Source: Octopus sinensis
Taxonomy: Eukaryota
NCBI RefSeq assembly: GCF_006345805.1
Contig: NC_043000.1
Span: 31,682,001 to 31,746,000 of the forward strand
Reading direction: 5' to 3'
DNA: 64,000 nt
Part shown: piece after piece, positions 25,576-41,479 of the stretch
Numbering within the stretch: the first letter of the stretch is position 1
Layout of the letters: every line of letters begins with the position of its first letter
The notes under the pieces: model-generated
Told to the model about the DNA's origin: nothing
The model's database searches: none
Seen by the model: the letters and a program-made list of their open reading frames with translations, nothing else
Position numbers and translations under genes: made by a program

Positions 25576-25668
25576 ATGGATTCGCCTACTCTAGGGCTAC
25601 TTACCAAGGATTTCTTTAAAATGTGCAAAATGCTGGAATGACGAAACAGCAGAAAGAGAAGTATCACG

Positions 25669-25674
25669 AATAAA
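25669..25674 (+). terminator. Candidate proximal polyadenylation signal AATAAA
   Basis: First AATAAA, ~95 nt after the stop codon. AATAAA is common in AT-rich DNA, so support is weak. Confidence 0.25.
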
Positions 25675-27329
25675 CATACCCCAATAGGTTTAAACAAGCG
25701 GGGGGATGCACACACATACACATATCTATAAAGACACATACCCAGATACAATGTATGTCTTCCGGGCTCTGCATACATAGAAACGAGTTGACAGAAATAG
25801 GTTCTTCATCAAAGTACTACATATATAATACACACACACTCAACACACACACACGTGTGTTTGTGTATGTATGTGAGTGTATATGCATATATATATATAT
25901 ATACACACTTTGTAATGTACAAGTAATTAAATATTAGAAAGATAATTATTAGATATAGATAATTTAGATAGATAATTATGATCATACATATATTCCAACA
26001 ACGCATGTGTACACGCACATAAATGCATATGTATGCGTATAATTTACATGCATACATCTATGAAAGTACATATACATGTTTTTTTTTTCATATGCATACA
26101 AATATGTATATGCATATATATTGATATGTGTATGAATGTCTGACAATTACTAGCGTAAGATATAAACGGAACTCCACGAAAATACAGGCCAAACGATCTT
26201 GTTCGATCTGAAATCTGAAAAATCATGAAAAGTGCTAAAAGAGTTAACACAGTTATCTTTAACCGTTCATGAGGATATAAGTATGAGAAATATTGGAATA
26301 TTTCTGAATACTAACAAAATATTAACAAAACATTAGCAATCAAAAGGGAAGAAAAAGTAACCATGAATACATTCGTGCGCGTATGCACACACACACACAC
26401 ATACACACTCAGGCATACAGAGGTGCACACACACACACACACATATATATATACACGTATTTATACACACGTATATGTCTATAAAATATATATGTACATA
26501 TGTGTATATAAACACATATACATGTATGAACTCCCATATACACAAGCCTGCAAATCCTGCACACACACACACACACTCAGAGCAAGAGACATAAACCGAA
26601 AGATTGAATTTGAAATAAGAAACAGCAACAAAATACGGTAACTAAGTTCTATTTTTCATAAACAACATAAAACGAAAGGTGAAAACGAAAAACAGATAAA
26701 AGCGGTTGGACCCACAATTTTTCAGTCCTCTTAAGAGATTGGAATTAAACACAAGCCATTCCAATAACCTAGAATTGGTGAAGAAGAACACGAAGAACAA
26801 GAACTGACAGAAAATCATTCTTTAAAAATTTATACGAAAGCTAACACTGATCAAAGGACTAAATTTTGGAAATACAAGAATTTTTACATATTTGAATTTG
26901 AACAAAGTTTGATTTTTTTTTTCGATATGGGAGAGAGAGAAAAACAAAACTCCATTAGGAGTAAGTTATTAAATATAAACATACAAAAGAGATTCATGGT
27001 ATTATGTGGGTGGATCCGTGCTTCACTGCTTGATTCTTAATGACCATTTTTATATTATTTTAAATTTCCTCTCATTCTCTCCCTTGACGTGTGAACTCTT
27101 CAAGTTGTTACTCTGGATTAGGAGAGATTCTGCTGTTCTCTTAAGTTGTTTGTTTGTTTGTTTGTTTGTTTGTTTGTTTGTTCCTATATTTACTTTTAGA
27201 AAAAAACAGTAATAAATATGGCACCCATTTAATTATATAAACGAATACATGCACACACACAAGCAAACACATACATTCATAGAGACAGAGAAGCATTCAT
27301 GCAAATGTAAGCATACATACAAGCAAATC

Positions 27330-27505
27330 AGTCAGGCAGACAGACAGACAGACAGGTAGGTGGATAGATAGATAAACTGCTTGACAGACAGACAGACAGA
27401 TAGATAGATAGATAAACTGCTTAACAGACAGATAGACAGACAGATGCACACACACACACACACAAAGATGGCGAGATAGATAGACAGATACACAGGAAGA
27501 TAGAT

Positions 27506-27590
<85 letters not shown>

Positions 27591-27609
27591 TACTGACAGA
27601 CAGACAGAC

Positions 27610-27680
<71 letters not shown>
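27330..27680. repeat. Compound (GACA)n/(GATA)n microsatellite
   Basis: Seen directly in the sequence. Confidence 0.93.
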
Positions 27681-27681
<1 letters not shown>

Positions 27682-28001
27682 GTCCAGAATGCTACTTGTA
27701 TGTTGTATGTCTTCCATATGATTGCCAAAAACCTCCAGAAGAATTGTTAATCACGTGTTAGGTGGAATAATAAAAAAGACAGGAAAAATAACAACAACAG
27801 CAACAAAAATGACGATTATTATTATTATGGAATGGTAAAATGATGGTGATAAGGCAGACATATAAATACAACATTTTTTAAACCTCAATGAAAACATTTC
27901 GACCAAGGGAAATCACATTAAGTAACATTTAATAAGAATAATAAAACTTTTAAAATATAATAATAATAATAAATAATAATAATATAATAATAATAATAAT
28001 A

Positions 28002-28033
<32 letters not shown>

Positions 28034-28458
28034 TAATAATAATAATAATAATAATAAAAGATGGTGTGGAATACGAAGAAAGTATTTATAGCGCAATAAC
28101 ATGCGTATACATTAGAAATAATATAAGCACGTACACACACATGTATACAAACATGTACATCCCACATACATTCATATATATACATATACGCACGCACACG
28201 TGAAAATACATACACATATATATATACATATATATATATGCCAATATGAAGATACATTATTTTACAATGACATTGATCATAGCCCCACCTACTTTCTAGT
28301 TAGTACTTTCACTGAATGAACTTTTTGATTAGCTTATTAGAACGTACATTACTATGTGTGTGTGAGTGTGTATGTATGTGTTCATGTACATATACGTATA
28401 CATATATATGTATTTATACATTAAATATATATACATCACTATAAGATATATAGATATG

Positions 28459-28526
<68 letters not shown>

Positions 28527-28579
28527 TTTATGTACATATAGTATATTTATGTATGTATGTGTGTAAGTATGCATGTATA

Positions 28580-28611
<32 letters not shown>

Positions 28612-29098
28612 CAACATTATGTTATTGATATGTGTATGTATGTGTGTATGTGTGTATGTGTGTGTGTGTGTGTATTATATTAGCATAATTATCTTTAAGT
28701 CACATAGTTCTCCATGTAAAGTGTCACACAAGAAAATCCTAATGAAACAAGTCTCGTCACTGTGCATTTGGGGAGAAATAAACATTGGATTAGCGCTGAA
28801 ATGTGCTCAAAACAAGTATTGGTTGATCCTTCCGTATCTCAGTCTATATTTCAATTGAATAAGGGTTGAAAATAAGCATGCAGTGAAGGAAAGATCGATA
28901 CTAGCGCACATTTTTCATTCTTATTAGATGTCTTCAGCTAAGCATAGTTTTTTTTACCGTATCTTTGCCTAGATTTGTAACAATAAAATTGTTTATAGTC
29001 CAACTAAACTTTGGTAGTCATCGGAATATTTGAGATACACCAACAACTATTCCAAGAGTTACTACGGTAATAGGTATAATAATGAATATTATTATTAT

Positions 29099-29129
<31 letters not shown>

Positions 29130-29479
29130 TTATATATATATATATATAGCGCCATAGGGTCACACAAATTTCTAGGGACAAGAGTATTCAATCGTCTCTC
29201 TTCCAGTATATTACTGGGGTTTATATTTGGTGGGGTCGGGTGTCCTATACACGGATGGAGGAAAGATAAAGTCGGCACTGGTGAGATTTGAACACACAAC
29301 TCAAATGTAGCAATTAAATACCACTGGACACTTTTGTCAAACGCAAAATCGTCATCAGCCAGTGAATACTACTAATAATAATTAGTATGTTTGCCTTAAG
29401 GGCAACGATAACAATAATAGCAACAACCAACAGCAAAAAAAAACAGCAACAACAATTCTACTACTACTACTACTACTAC

Positions 29480-29539
<60 letters not shown>

Positions 29540-31223
29540 TAATAATAATAATAATGATAATAATCTCTTTATTTTATTTATTATTTAATGATGATAAATC
29601 AGGAAAGTATTAGATAGCTAAAAAGAATAGATAGCATGGTATTGTAGCAAGCCCGCCACGCATACAAGACTCCAGGAGTTCCAACAAAACTTGAGATAAA
29701 CAGAAATAATAATAATCAACTGCTCCTGATTTTAAGATCGTTTTATATAATCTAATGACTGACAGTATGAACACATCAACAATTACAATAAATAAAGCGA
29801 TTTTAGTAATTCCTTAAGAGAACGTGCTTTGAAGGAATCTTCTAGAATCCAGCTGGCATTGAGAAGTATGAACAATGGCAAAACTCGAATTGCGTAGACA
29901 CAGAGTAAGACACTTTGTCGTTTTCGTTTTCTGATTTTTGTTTGATTTTTGGTATTTTTTTTAATGCTTTAAGCATAGAACTTATGGGTATGTAACGTGA
30001 CTACGATACACAAACTAGTTCCATTTACCGAAATTAAGAAAGAGTCTTTTAGTGAGAGTTCTGAAGAACGGTACGAAATGAAGTAAGCTGGTCTTTCGAG
30101 TTTTGCCATTGACTGATACTTCCTCAACGTTCGTGTTGTCCAGTTGGAGACAACAACTCTTCCAGTCAATGCTTATTTCTGTCTGGCTTTCTCAGTCCCA
30201 GTTGTAAACGTCATGCCCTGGCACCCTAAACAAAAGATTTTCGATGAAAGAACTACAGCACACCACACTGCTGATAACATTTTCAAAATTCAGTAGTGCT
30301 TTCTTTTTTCCTTTATTGATATTTTTTCTATTCATTTCCTTTGCTTCTTTTAATTATCTTTCTTGTGATGCACTCTCGAAGGAAGGGAAAACACAAAAAG
30401 AGAAAAATATATACTGTTTTCATTGACATAATTCAAGTCATTTGTCAGACGATTTTTTCCTTTCTTCCTTATTTTTTCAACCTGTTTCTTAGCAGAGCTA
30501 ATTTCAATAGCTTTGTAGTGTATAAATATATATGAACTGGCGGGGTGTGCCTTTCTCACACCGCCAACGATTACTGGACATTTTAGAAGTTGCAAGGAGA
30601 AACTCAGAATGCCATACATACTTATACGTACATATGTGTGTGTGTATGTTATGTGTGTGCGCGTGTGTGTGTGTGATTTGACAATTATGGCAAAATTGTG
30701 CAAAATTTATTCACTCCATAATGTATTTTAAAGTGAAACATTTGTAAAAGCAATGACTTCCAATGGTTTGTTTTGTTATGTTTTTTTGTGTTTTTTTTGG
30801 TGATGGGGACATTTTTGTTCTTATTTAGTTTCTTTTTGTTGGGTTCTTTCTCTTTTTTGCAACCAAATATTTTATCACAAATTTGAGAAATCAAGGCCGA
30901 TTATGTAAATTCTGTCAACATAAAATTTTAAACTATATAAAGCTAAAGAATTAAAATCCAAAATGAAAATAATTGAAACAACGTAGCTGAATCTCGTCAG
31001 TTTTCTTGTTTTCTGTTGTGGTTGTTGTTGTTTTTATCAGCAACAAATTTGCGATTTTCAGAAAACAACAAAAAAAAAACCATCTTATTAAATAGCTTTG
31101 GAAGTCTTGTTTTTTTAAATATATCGGACATTATTTTTCAAATAAAAGAATATTTAATTTCTGTGTGCGAATATGTTTGTGTATGTGTTCATGTAGTTAT
31201 GTTCCATCTATATATTGTTAGAT

Positions 31224-31258
<35 letters not shown>

Positions 31259-32470
31259 GTTGTTGTTGTTTTTGTTGTTGTTGTTATCATTATCATCATT
31301 ATCATCATCATTAATTTTATTAAACCTGGCAGTAGATGTGTGTGTGCGTGTGTCTGTGGTTTTCTTAATGTTTACGTGCATCTTATTTATTCTACTATAT
31401 TATCTCCTGTATAAGTTACATGCAGATAAGGCTGACTCGATGCGTATGAATAGTTACATATATGTTACAATATATACCATATATGTATTCACTATGTCAG
31501 TATGTGTGTGTGTATGTATGTTTGTGTGTGAATGTACCTATTTTTCCAAGATCATGCTGAATAATTAAATTCCCCTGTATACCATCCTTCTTATGTGTTA
31601 ATGTGTGTTTATGTAAATATGTCCTCAACCACCACTACCACTATTTACTAAATAACGTCATCCTTGCGTCGTGTGTTAAATTTATATGAGGGTAACAAAT
31701 TATATATATATAAATATATATATACATCGATTACGTACATTTATGAACTGAAAGTAAGAAAGTTATGAAATGAAAGATGGCACCCATAGCCAGCCCGGCA
31801 AAACAACAGTAAGAAAATTTGTGGGGGGAGGTCAGTTGAGTTTTATTGAAGACCTCAAGGTGACGATGCTTAAATCAGTTCTTTGTGGAAACTTTGGGAA
31901 CGTACGGTTTTCTATCACCTTGCTTCTATAGTTCGTTTATTGATATGCTAATAAACACATTGGATACATGTTCAAATTCATTAACAGTACCATCAATTGT
32001 ATCAATAACAATAGAAGCATGTGCACATTTGATGGCAATTTTGAAGATAACTAATACAATTGCCTTTAGACAGTGAATCATAAATCAAAGATAATATCGC
32101 TGACAACCAACAAACAGATCCGGTACCAGTTGGTCTATAGCATTCTTAATCATTTACAATGGCCGATTGTACAAAGGTGTTGACTTTTGTAGCTGAAGCA
32201 CTGTGAGTTCGTGTCTCGTCACTGGTGTTATGTTATACACTAGACAAGGCGTTAGATATATTTTCGTCCAACTTTCATATGACAAATGAGAACGAAGGAC
32301 GAGATACGAAGACGTCTAAGCGCCGAACTAACAGACAATTATCAAGTATTTTGACAATTTAAAGAGCCAAAATCGATCTTTTTTTATAATAGAAAATAAA
32401 TATAATTTAAATAAACCTAATTCCTTATGTGTGACGTGTGTGTGTGTGTATATATATGTGTGTGTGTGTG

Positions 32471-32505
<35 letters not shown>

Positions 32506-32894
32506 AATTATATACATATACGTGAGTGTACATGAATATATCAATAGACTTATTACTGTGTATGTATGCATGTACATTCGTTTATAGGGATGTATATACA
32601 GATATACATATGTGTGTGTGCATGTGTGTGTGTGTGTGTTTTTTTTTCTGTGCTGATCTTTACAATATATATATATTTATTTCTATATAAAAAGATAAAT
32701 CATTCCAAAACAATGACGTGGTTGTTTCAAAAACAGAAACTTCTTTTCTCCTTGCAACTTCAATTTAATCTTTTCAATTCTTTGCTTTTTTAATGTATTT
32801 ACGATTTCATAACTTATCGATTTGGTCGCTTAAGCCAACAGGTGTGATCAAGCTTGAAGAAGGCTAACATTTGCTTTTTCCCTCTCATCTTATA

Positions 32895-32900
32895 TATATG

Positions 32901-32939
<39 letters not shown>

Positions 32940-32952
32940 ACATGAATACATG

Positions 32953-33009
<57 letters not shown>

Positions 33010-33502
33010 ATTCATGTGTGTATGCCTGTTTAGACATTCCAAAGTACCTTTTTGGGTACATATGCATATATATATGTATATACACACACATGCAATCATA
33101 CATACTTATATATAATGTGTGTGTGTGTGTGGATAATGTGTGTTTGATTTTTTTTGTTCATCAACTTGTATTTACCACATTATCTAAATACATACCAAAT
33201 CAATCGTTTCGCTCACTATTCACAAATTCTTACGAAATATTCACATTACAAACATTTGTCATCTAACAATAACAACAACAAAAATATTTGTACTTTCAAC
33301 ATTCACAAACAATAAAAATAGTTAAAAAGGCTTCCCCTCTTCCATATACAATTTACATAATGCATATTTCAAGTGAAAATTTATTCCTTTTCGGGTGTGA
33401 ATGTCTATTTATAGAACCTATGAGAAGCCTGTGAGCAAACCTGCTACATGTCTATATACACACACACACACACACACACACCACACACACACACCCACAT
33501 GA

Positions 33503-33565
<63 letters not shown>

Positions 33566-34061
33566 TGTGTGTATGCCTGTTTAGACATTCCAAAGTACCT
33601 TTTTGGGTACATATGCATATATATATGTATATACACACACATGCAATCATACATACTTATATATAATGTGTGTGTGTGTGTGGATAAATGTGTGTTTGAT
33701 TTTTTTTGTTCATCAACTTGTATTTACCACATTATCTAAATACATACCAAATCAATCGTTTCGCTCACTATTCACAAATTCTTACGAAATATTCACATTA
33801 CAAACATTGTCATCTAACAATAACAACAACAAAAATATTTGTACTTTCAACATTCACAAACAATAAAAATAGTTAAAAAGGCTTCCCCTCTTCCATATAC
33901 AATTTACATAATGCATATTTCAAGTGAAAATTTATTCCTTTTCGGGTGTGAATGTCTATTTATAGAACCTATGAGAAGCCTGTGAGCAAACCTGCTACAT
34001 GTCTATATACACACCACACCACACACACACACACAACACACACACACACACACCCACATGA

Positions 34062-34130
<69 letters not shown>

Positions 34131-34600
34131 TGTGTGTATGCCTGTTTAGACATTCCAAAGTACCTTTTTGGGTACATATGCATATATATATGTATATACA
34201 CACACATGCAATCATACATACTTATATATAATGTGTGTGTGTGTGTGGATAATAATGTGTGTTTGATTTTTTTTGTTCATCAACTTGTATTTACCACATT
34301 ATCTAAATACATACCAAATCAATCGTTTCGCTCACTATTCACAAATTCTTACGAAATATTCACATTACAAACATTTGTCATCTAACAATAACAACAACAA
34401 AAATATTTGTACTTTCAACATTCACAAACAATAAAAATAGTTAAAAAGGCTTCCCCTCTTCCATATACAATTTACATAATGCATATTTCAAGTGAAAATT
34501 TATTCCTTTTCGGGTGTGAATGTCTATTTATAGAACCTATGAGAAGCCTGTGAGCAAACCTGCTACATGTCTATATACACACACACACACACACACACAC

Positions 34601-34620
<20 letters not shown>
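32895..34620. repeat. Tandem triplication of a ~550-570-bp unit (plus start of a fourth)
   Basis: The landmark GAACCTATGAGAAGCC occurs at 33414, 33965 and 34533, and TTCATGTGTGTATGCC at 33011, 33562 and 34127. Units differ almost only in microsatellite length. Confidence 0.97.
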
Positions 34621-34699
<79 letters not shown>

Positions 34700-36779
34700 T
34701 ATTTCAAGACTAATAACCTGGTGTAGAATTCAACATAGATATGCATCAGAACTGAACAGAGAGTCGAGTACAGAGCGGTTATAATAAAATAAGATGACAA
34801 ACAAATAAAAGATTAAACGATTATCTTATGAACGTTATTAGCTTACAGCTGTTTCTCCTACAGATGAAGTGGACTCTTAGTTGAGTGCCTCAATAATACC
34901 TCTTGCTTCATTGAAGCGTCAAATGTGAAGCAATGTTACTCAGGCATTCAACTGTTCTTTTCTCATTCATTAATTTATATATATATATATATTATATATA
35001 TATATAGACATAATAGCCATTAACGTTATATACATATATATATATATATATGCATGTATGTATTTATTAATATATATATATGTATGTATGTATATACTTA
35101 CATACATAACTACCAACACGTGCGTAGGTATATACATTATACGCATTAATAGATATTTCGCAAGGATCTGTGTGTGAGTATCGCTCGCTTTAGAGAGGGA
35201 AGATATATATGTATGGGTAAGTGGGTGGGCTGGGAAAAGAGTAAGTTGGTATGTGAGTAGGTGAGTAGACAGATTGGCAGGTAGGTAGTCGGGTTAGACC
35301 TCATTTATAAATTTTTAGTATTTGAACCATAAATACATTTTGGTAGAGGCAGGCACACTAGTAAACATACGTACATACATCACCACAAAGATATACCTTA
35401 TATATATATATATATATGTATGTAAGAAAAAACACACACGCCAAATATTCCTGAAGATGAGACTGTGAAGGTCTGGAACCATCGAATATGAATTTAAGAA
35501 CTTCGTGTTCCAAACTGCTTTATCATTTTTAGAATATAAAAGATAAAACATTAACACAGTCATGTATTTAATGAAACCTACTCACACACAGATATACATA
35601 TGTATATATATGAGTTGTGTGTGTGAGAGTTTGCGCGCGTGCATTTTTGTCAGGTGACATGTTATCCATCCTTTCCTCTTAAATGGCTAAAATGCGCTTA
35701 ATAACGTTAGTGTAGGTTGAAAGTGTAAACATAATGAAGATTCCCTGAAATGTAGATAAATCTCCGTATTGACAGTAATAGTTCTATTAGCTAGCTTAGT
35801 CTGTTCAGATTAACTAAATTGACCAGTTTTTATAGAGAATTAACCAAGGAAACTCTCTGTTGCTGTTGGCCTTGGTGGAATTAACGGCCAAAACTTCTTC
35901 AGATTACAATTTAATATCTTGGAAAAGATGTGAGAGATCGAATGACATCGTATAAAATAGGCAATGAAGGCTGACATGAGCTAAGACAACAACAACAGCG
36001 TCAACCACAACAATAATATAACTAAACGAATTCACCATTTCCTACATAATTACATCCGTTAACTAAAGCGTATTTTCGATATTGAAAGAGAATAATGTCT
36101 GGATGTATCTACGGAGCCTACAAACAGTTAAAAGATAATCTCAAAGTAATCTCGAAACGGTATTTTTCATAAAATATGAAGAGATGGCAACAAATGTTCT
36201 GGGCTTTTTTTTAGGCTCCTTCTCACTGTTATCACTGATGTAATTGATGTACATTATAAGCAGTAATGGGTCAGTATTGGCAGGAAAAGCATAAGTGGAG
36301 AAGGCATTCTAGGGGTTTGTGATTTTATTGGGGGACGGGATGTCCTCAGAGCAGGGGTTGACAAGTTTGGAGGAAATGTGTATCAAGTAAGGGAAGGAAG
36401 CCGAAGTAGCGAGGAAAACACAGTATCTCTAATGGTGTTATTAAAATCGCTATTGCTTATGCACCAAACTCATTAGTTAAGTTACAAGATTTTATCCAAA
36501 GCGAATTAAACTAAAACGCATCTTTAAGAGCCTCTCTAACACGATTCTCTACAGGAATCGATGCAGTTGTGTTTGTTTCCTATGAACTTTGATTTTTCCA
36601 AAGTCCATAATGCAGAGCAGTTTATGACAATGCTTGTGTGCACACTACTAAACCTTCATATTGCACTAAAACTTTCTTGCACTTCAACAAGGGCATACAC
36701 GGCTTTACATAGTCAACAGTTTTTTAACATGTTATATTTTACAGTATACATCACGTCATACAGTACCATGGTATGACAC

Positions 36780-37048
36780 GTATTCTTGCATTAATAATAT
36801 AGGTATGTATATATATATATATATATATAATATATATATATATATATAATATATATGTATGTATGTATATTTGTGTGTAAGCCTACTTGTATATAAATAT
36901 ATATATATATTTAGGCATGCATGTATGTATATATGTATATATATATGTATATATATATATATAGGTATGTATGTATATATATTATATATAATATATGTGT
37001 ATAATATATATATTTGTGTGTAAGCCTACTTATATACATATATATATG

Positions 37049-37083
<35 letters not shown>

Positions 37084-37272
37084 GTATATACATATATATA
37101 TATGTATATATACATATATACGTATGTATATATGTATATATATATATATGTATATATATATGTATAATACATATATATATGATATATCATTATATACATA
37201 TGTATATATATATCTATATATATCTATATTACATGTATATATATATATGTATATATATATAGTATATATGTA

Positions 37273-37325
<53 letters not shown>

Positions 37326-37562
37326 TATAGTTATATATATATATTATATTATATGTTATAGTCTGTGCGACAGCTTGAGTTGTGACCTCGAAATTCTATT
37401 TGCATATTGGAATAGATACTGCATATATGTATGAGCGTCCTTCTATATGCCTATATTTACGTTTACACACACACACATATATATACAAATATGCACATGT
37501 ATATACATATAAACTTGCATATATATATATATAATATATATATATATAGATATATATATATA

Positions 37563-37598
<36 letters not shown>

Positions 37599-37599
37599 T

Positions 37600-37631
<32 letters not shown>

Positions 37632-37892
37632 AGTGATTTCAACCTTTGCAAAAGACAAACTATAAACGAATTTGCACAGAGTATGTCATCTTCTTTCAAA
37701 TTATCACAAATATGAACACGCACACACACACATACACCCACACAAAACACACGCATGCGTACGCGCATTTATAAATATGTATATGTATATATATAGATAT
37801 TATACATAAGTATATATTTATGTGTATTTTTATATATACATCTATACATATATATGTGCGTGTGCATGTATATATATGTATATATATATGTG

Positions 37893-37936
<44 letters not shown>

Positions 37937-38126
37937 CATACAGGCATACATGCATAATACATACATACATACATATATACATACATACATACATACAAAT
38001 ATATAGATATGAATGTCTGTGTACCTGCGCGTGTATAATTTAATGAATATTTCAATTGTTAACTCGTTAATAACGCCATCTTTTCAGTTTGATCACATGC
38101 CTGCGTTGGCGATATATATATATATA

Positions 38127-38185
<59 letters not shown>

Positions 38186-38233
38186 TATTATATATATATA
38201 TATATAATATATATACATACATACATACATACA

Positions 38234-38289
<56 letters not shown>

Positions 38290-38310
38290 TATATTATATA
38301 TATTTATTTT
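36780..38310. repeat. Extended (TA)n/(TACA)n microsatellite field
   Basis: Seen directly in the sequence. Confidence 0.9.
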
Positions 38311-38846
38311 CTTTTTGCCTTCATTTCTTTTTTCCATTTGATATAAGTATTTTGATATTGTTCCTCAATTTTAATCCGGTCGGAATGACACTGAGTTTGG
38401 CAGAAAAAGTTTGAGGTAATACAATGTGTTCGGTCATGTCGACATTGACGGCAACAGGACAAAATATTGGATTAGTTTACACAAGGACACGGCAATCGGC
38501 TGCCTCTCAACACTCATTGTAATTTATAGGAACACGTAGCATGGTGCAGTGAGGCATATTACCTGTATGTAGCAATAATTGTCTCTGGTAGTATTAATAT
38601 ACAACGTAGCTTATACGAGATTAGATCTGTCTTTTATTTTAGCATCTAGCGTTCAAGAGTAATATGTTGGAATTATTAAGCCAGGCTAGTATTTTGTTAT
38701 GGAACTAAATATATTTGCGATCAAGACGCCATGTTTATCCATATTACTAATTTCTGTTGGCTCCTTACATAAGAGATGTAAAATATTAGCTTATATATTG
38801 ATACAAAGGATTTATTGTGTCACATTTGGGTGTATATCTATCTATC

Positions 38847-38878
<32 letters not shown>

Positions 38879-39228
38879 AACATACATATATGTATATCGA
38901 TAGATAGCGGGATAGATACATAGATAGATATAGATATATGTGTAGATATATATATATACATATATGTATGTATATATATGTGTGTGTGTGTGAGAGAGAG
39001 AGAGAGTGTGTGTGCGTGTGCATAGCTAAAAGCACATGTGCAAGAGTGTATCAATAAAAGCGTTTCTTTGATGTATGTGTTATTAAAGTCATCAATTCGT
39101 TCGTTTATATTTACATACATACAAACAGACATACATATACACATATACACACATACATACATATCTATGATTTTGTATATGTATGTATGCATGTATGCAT
39201 ATACATACATACATATATACATACATAT

Positions 39229-39303
<75 letters not shown>

Positions 39304-40944
39304 CTATCTATGTATGTATGTATGCATATATATATATATATATATATGTGTGTAATGTACATTTTATTTCTAATATTTACATACAAGCATAGAAATTCTC
39401 TAATGCTTAAGTGATGAATTAGCGATCATTCCAATATTAGAGAATATATGTTCGTCTGTGTGTATATGTGCGTGTGCGTGCGCTTGTGTGTGTGTACTCG
39501 TATGTAACACTGTTAATATTGAATTTCTATTCTGTCTGAAAAAGAAATCCTTTGTCTTTTTGCAAAATTCGTTTTAGAAGCGTCAGCGAATAAAACATAA
39601 ATATTTTAATGATTTCCTATAAAAGCATAAGACCACGATAACTCAAGTATGATTGTATAAAAGATTACAAACTTGTGTGTGATTAAGCCCCTTTTTTTTC
39701 AGTTAGAGTCGTTGAATTAACTTAATATTGATATATATTAAACAATAGCCGACAACGGAAGTCAAAATGAAAACTTCAGTCTTAAAAAGTTGGTAACAAT
39801 CACTGCTAACATTCCTTGTCTTGGAACTGATTGACAATCACTTTTAATATTTACCGTTTCAGGGTGAAATTCTTAAGACATTGTATCATACATGTATAAT
39901 GTCATCATTTTTACTCCTCTTTTTTTTTTATTGTCATTTAAGAGTTCCTTGACTATTTGCCTTTTTTTTTCCATTGCACGAGTCATCGTTTGCTGTCTCT
40001 GCCAATGACTTTTGGTTCCAAACGATCTTGCTGACCGCCACACAGCAAAATTTCCACTCTTCCTTCACAAGTCACCGTCATTGTTATAATGTCCAACACA
40101 TATGGTCTCATTCCTGATGCCAAACCTCATTGTCATTGTATCATAAGTTCTTGATACAAAACCAATATTTCACAGTTTCCAGTGTCAACACTCCCTGTCA
40201 AATGTGTGCAAATATAAAATCTTGCTTTTAACAAATGTTATTTCAAGTAAGATACATAAATATTCTTTTAAAAATTTTATCTTTTTTCTTTTTTCATTTT
40301 TTTTTATATTTATCTTTACTCTGTCTTTTGTCATTTGTCAGCCACCTTTCTTGGTTTCTCTCGCCCTCTCTTTCGCCTTCGTAATCCTCCCTTCTCACTT
40401 CCTCTTTCTCACTTTCTAACTATCTCTGTTTCTTTCTCTCTCTCTCCCTCTCTCTCTCTCCCTCTCTCTCTCTCTCTCTTCTCTCTCTCTTTCTCTCTCT
40501 CGTTCTCCAGATCAACTGTACAACCTTCCCCACTCAAGAGTCTAGTTCTGGTTAATAAAATATTTGAAAAATATTTTACTCAGACCGCTGAACATTTTAA
40601 TTTTATTTTTAAGTATTCTTATTCATTTCGTTCTTATCTTTCTCATTTTTTAAATTTTATTTATTTATTTATTTTTGGAACTCAACAAAACCCTGATTTG
40701 AAGGGAAAAAAGAAAAGGAGGAGAACGTATCCCTCATTTAATCTTGCATAATTCAAATGAATAAAAATATAAGATCAATAGTTCAATCAGCGATACTGGC
40801 TTTCTTCTACTGGCTTTTATGAAATTTTTCATTCATTTTTATCAATATTCGCCATTTTTCTTTTCACTTTTCAAATTAATTTGATCAAGTAGCGTCTCAA
40901 TAAAATAGTGACAGGGTACATGGCCGTGGGTTTTTGTGTGTCTA

Positions 40945-41085
<141 letters not shown>

Positions 41086-41479
41086 TGTGTTCATCTCTAA
41101 AAGAATAATGAAAATATGGCAACAAATATAGAATTCTGGAAATATAATTAAAATTATTATTTCTTTTTGGTGAGAGTGTTCATTATGTACTTCTCATATT
41201 TTTATAAAACAAATGAAGATAACATTTTTTTCTAACGATTTATTTTCTTTACAAAATGTGAAAGAAAAAACTGAACAACAAACAAAAATATATTGGCTAT
41301 TCAATTCATTCAATTCCATTATTTCATTGTTTTTCAAATTTATTCTTCAAAATTTCGTTAAAAAATTAAATCTTTAGAAAAAAAGATTATCATCGTTCGC
41401 TCAGTGGAAATAAAAGAATTTAATAATATAAAGCAGAAAGTGATCACAACCTCGATATGAATCTGTTTTATTTCCGCAG

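Noticed and set aside
29973-30082. Possible exon with GAA|GTAAGC donor (KLVPFTEIKKESFSESSEERYEM)
   Set aside because: It is short, lies downstream of a stop-containing terminal exon, and has no recognisable homology.
32895-34620. Triplicated unit as a tandem gene or ncRNA cluster
   Set aside because: No ORF, tRNA/snRNA signature or convincing hairpin was found in the unit.
36190-36400. Minus-strand PLLLIMYINYI resembling an RT GPLLFIIYINDI motif
   Set aside because: Only one degenerate motif; probably an old LINE relic, but too weak to annotate.
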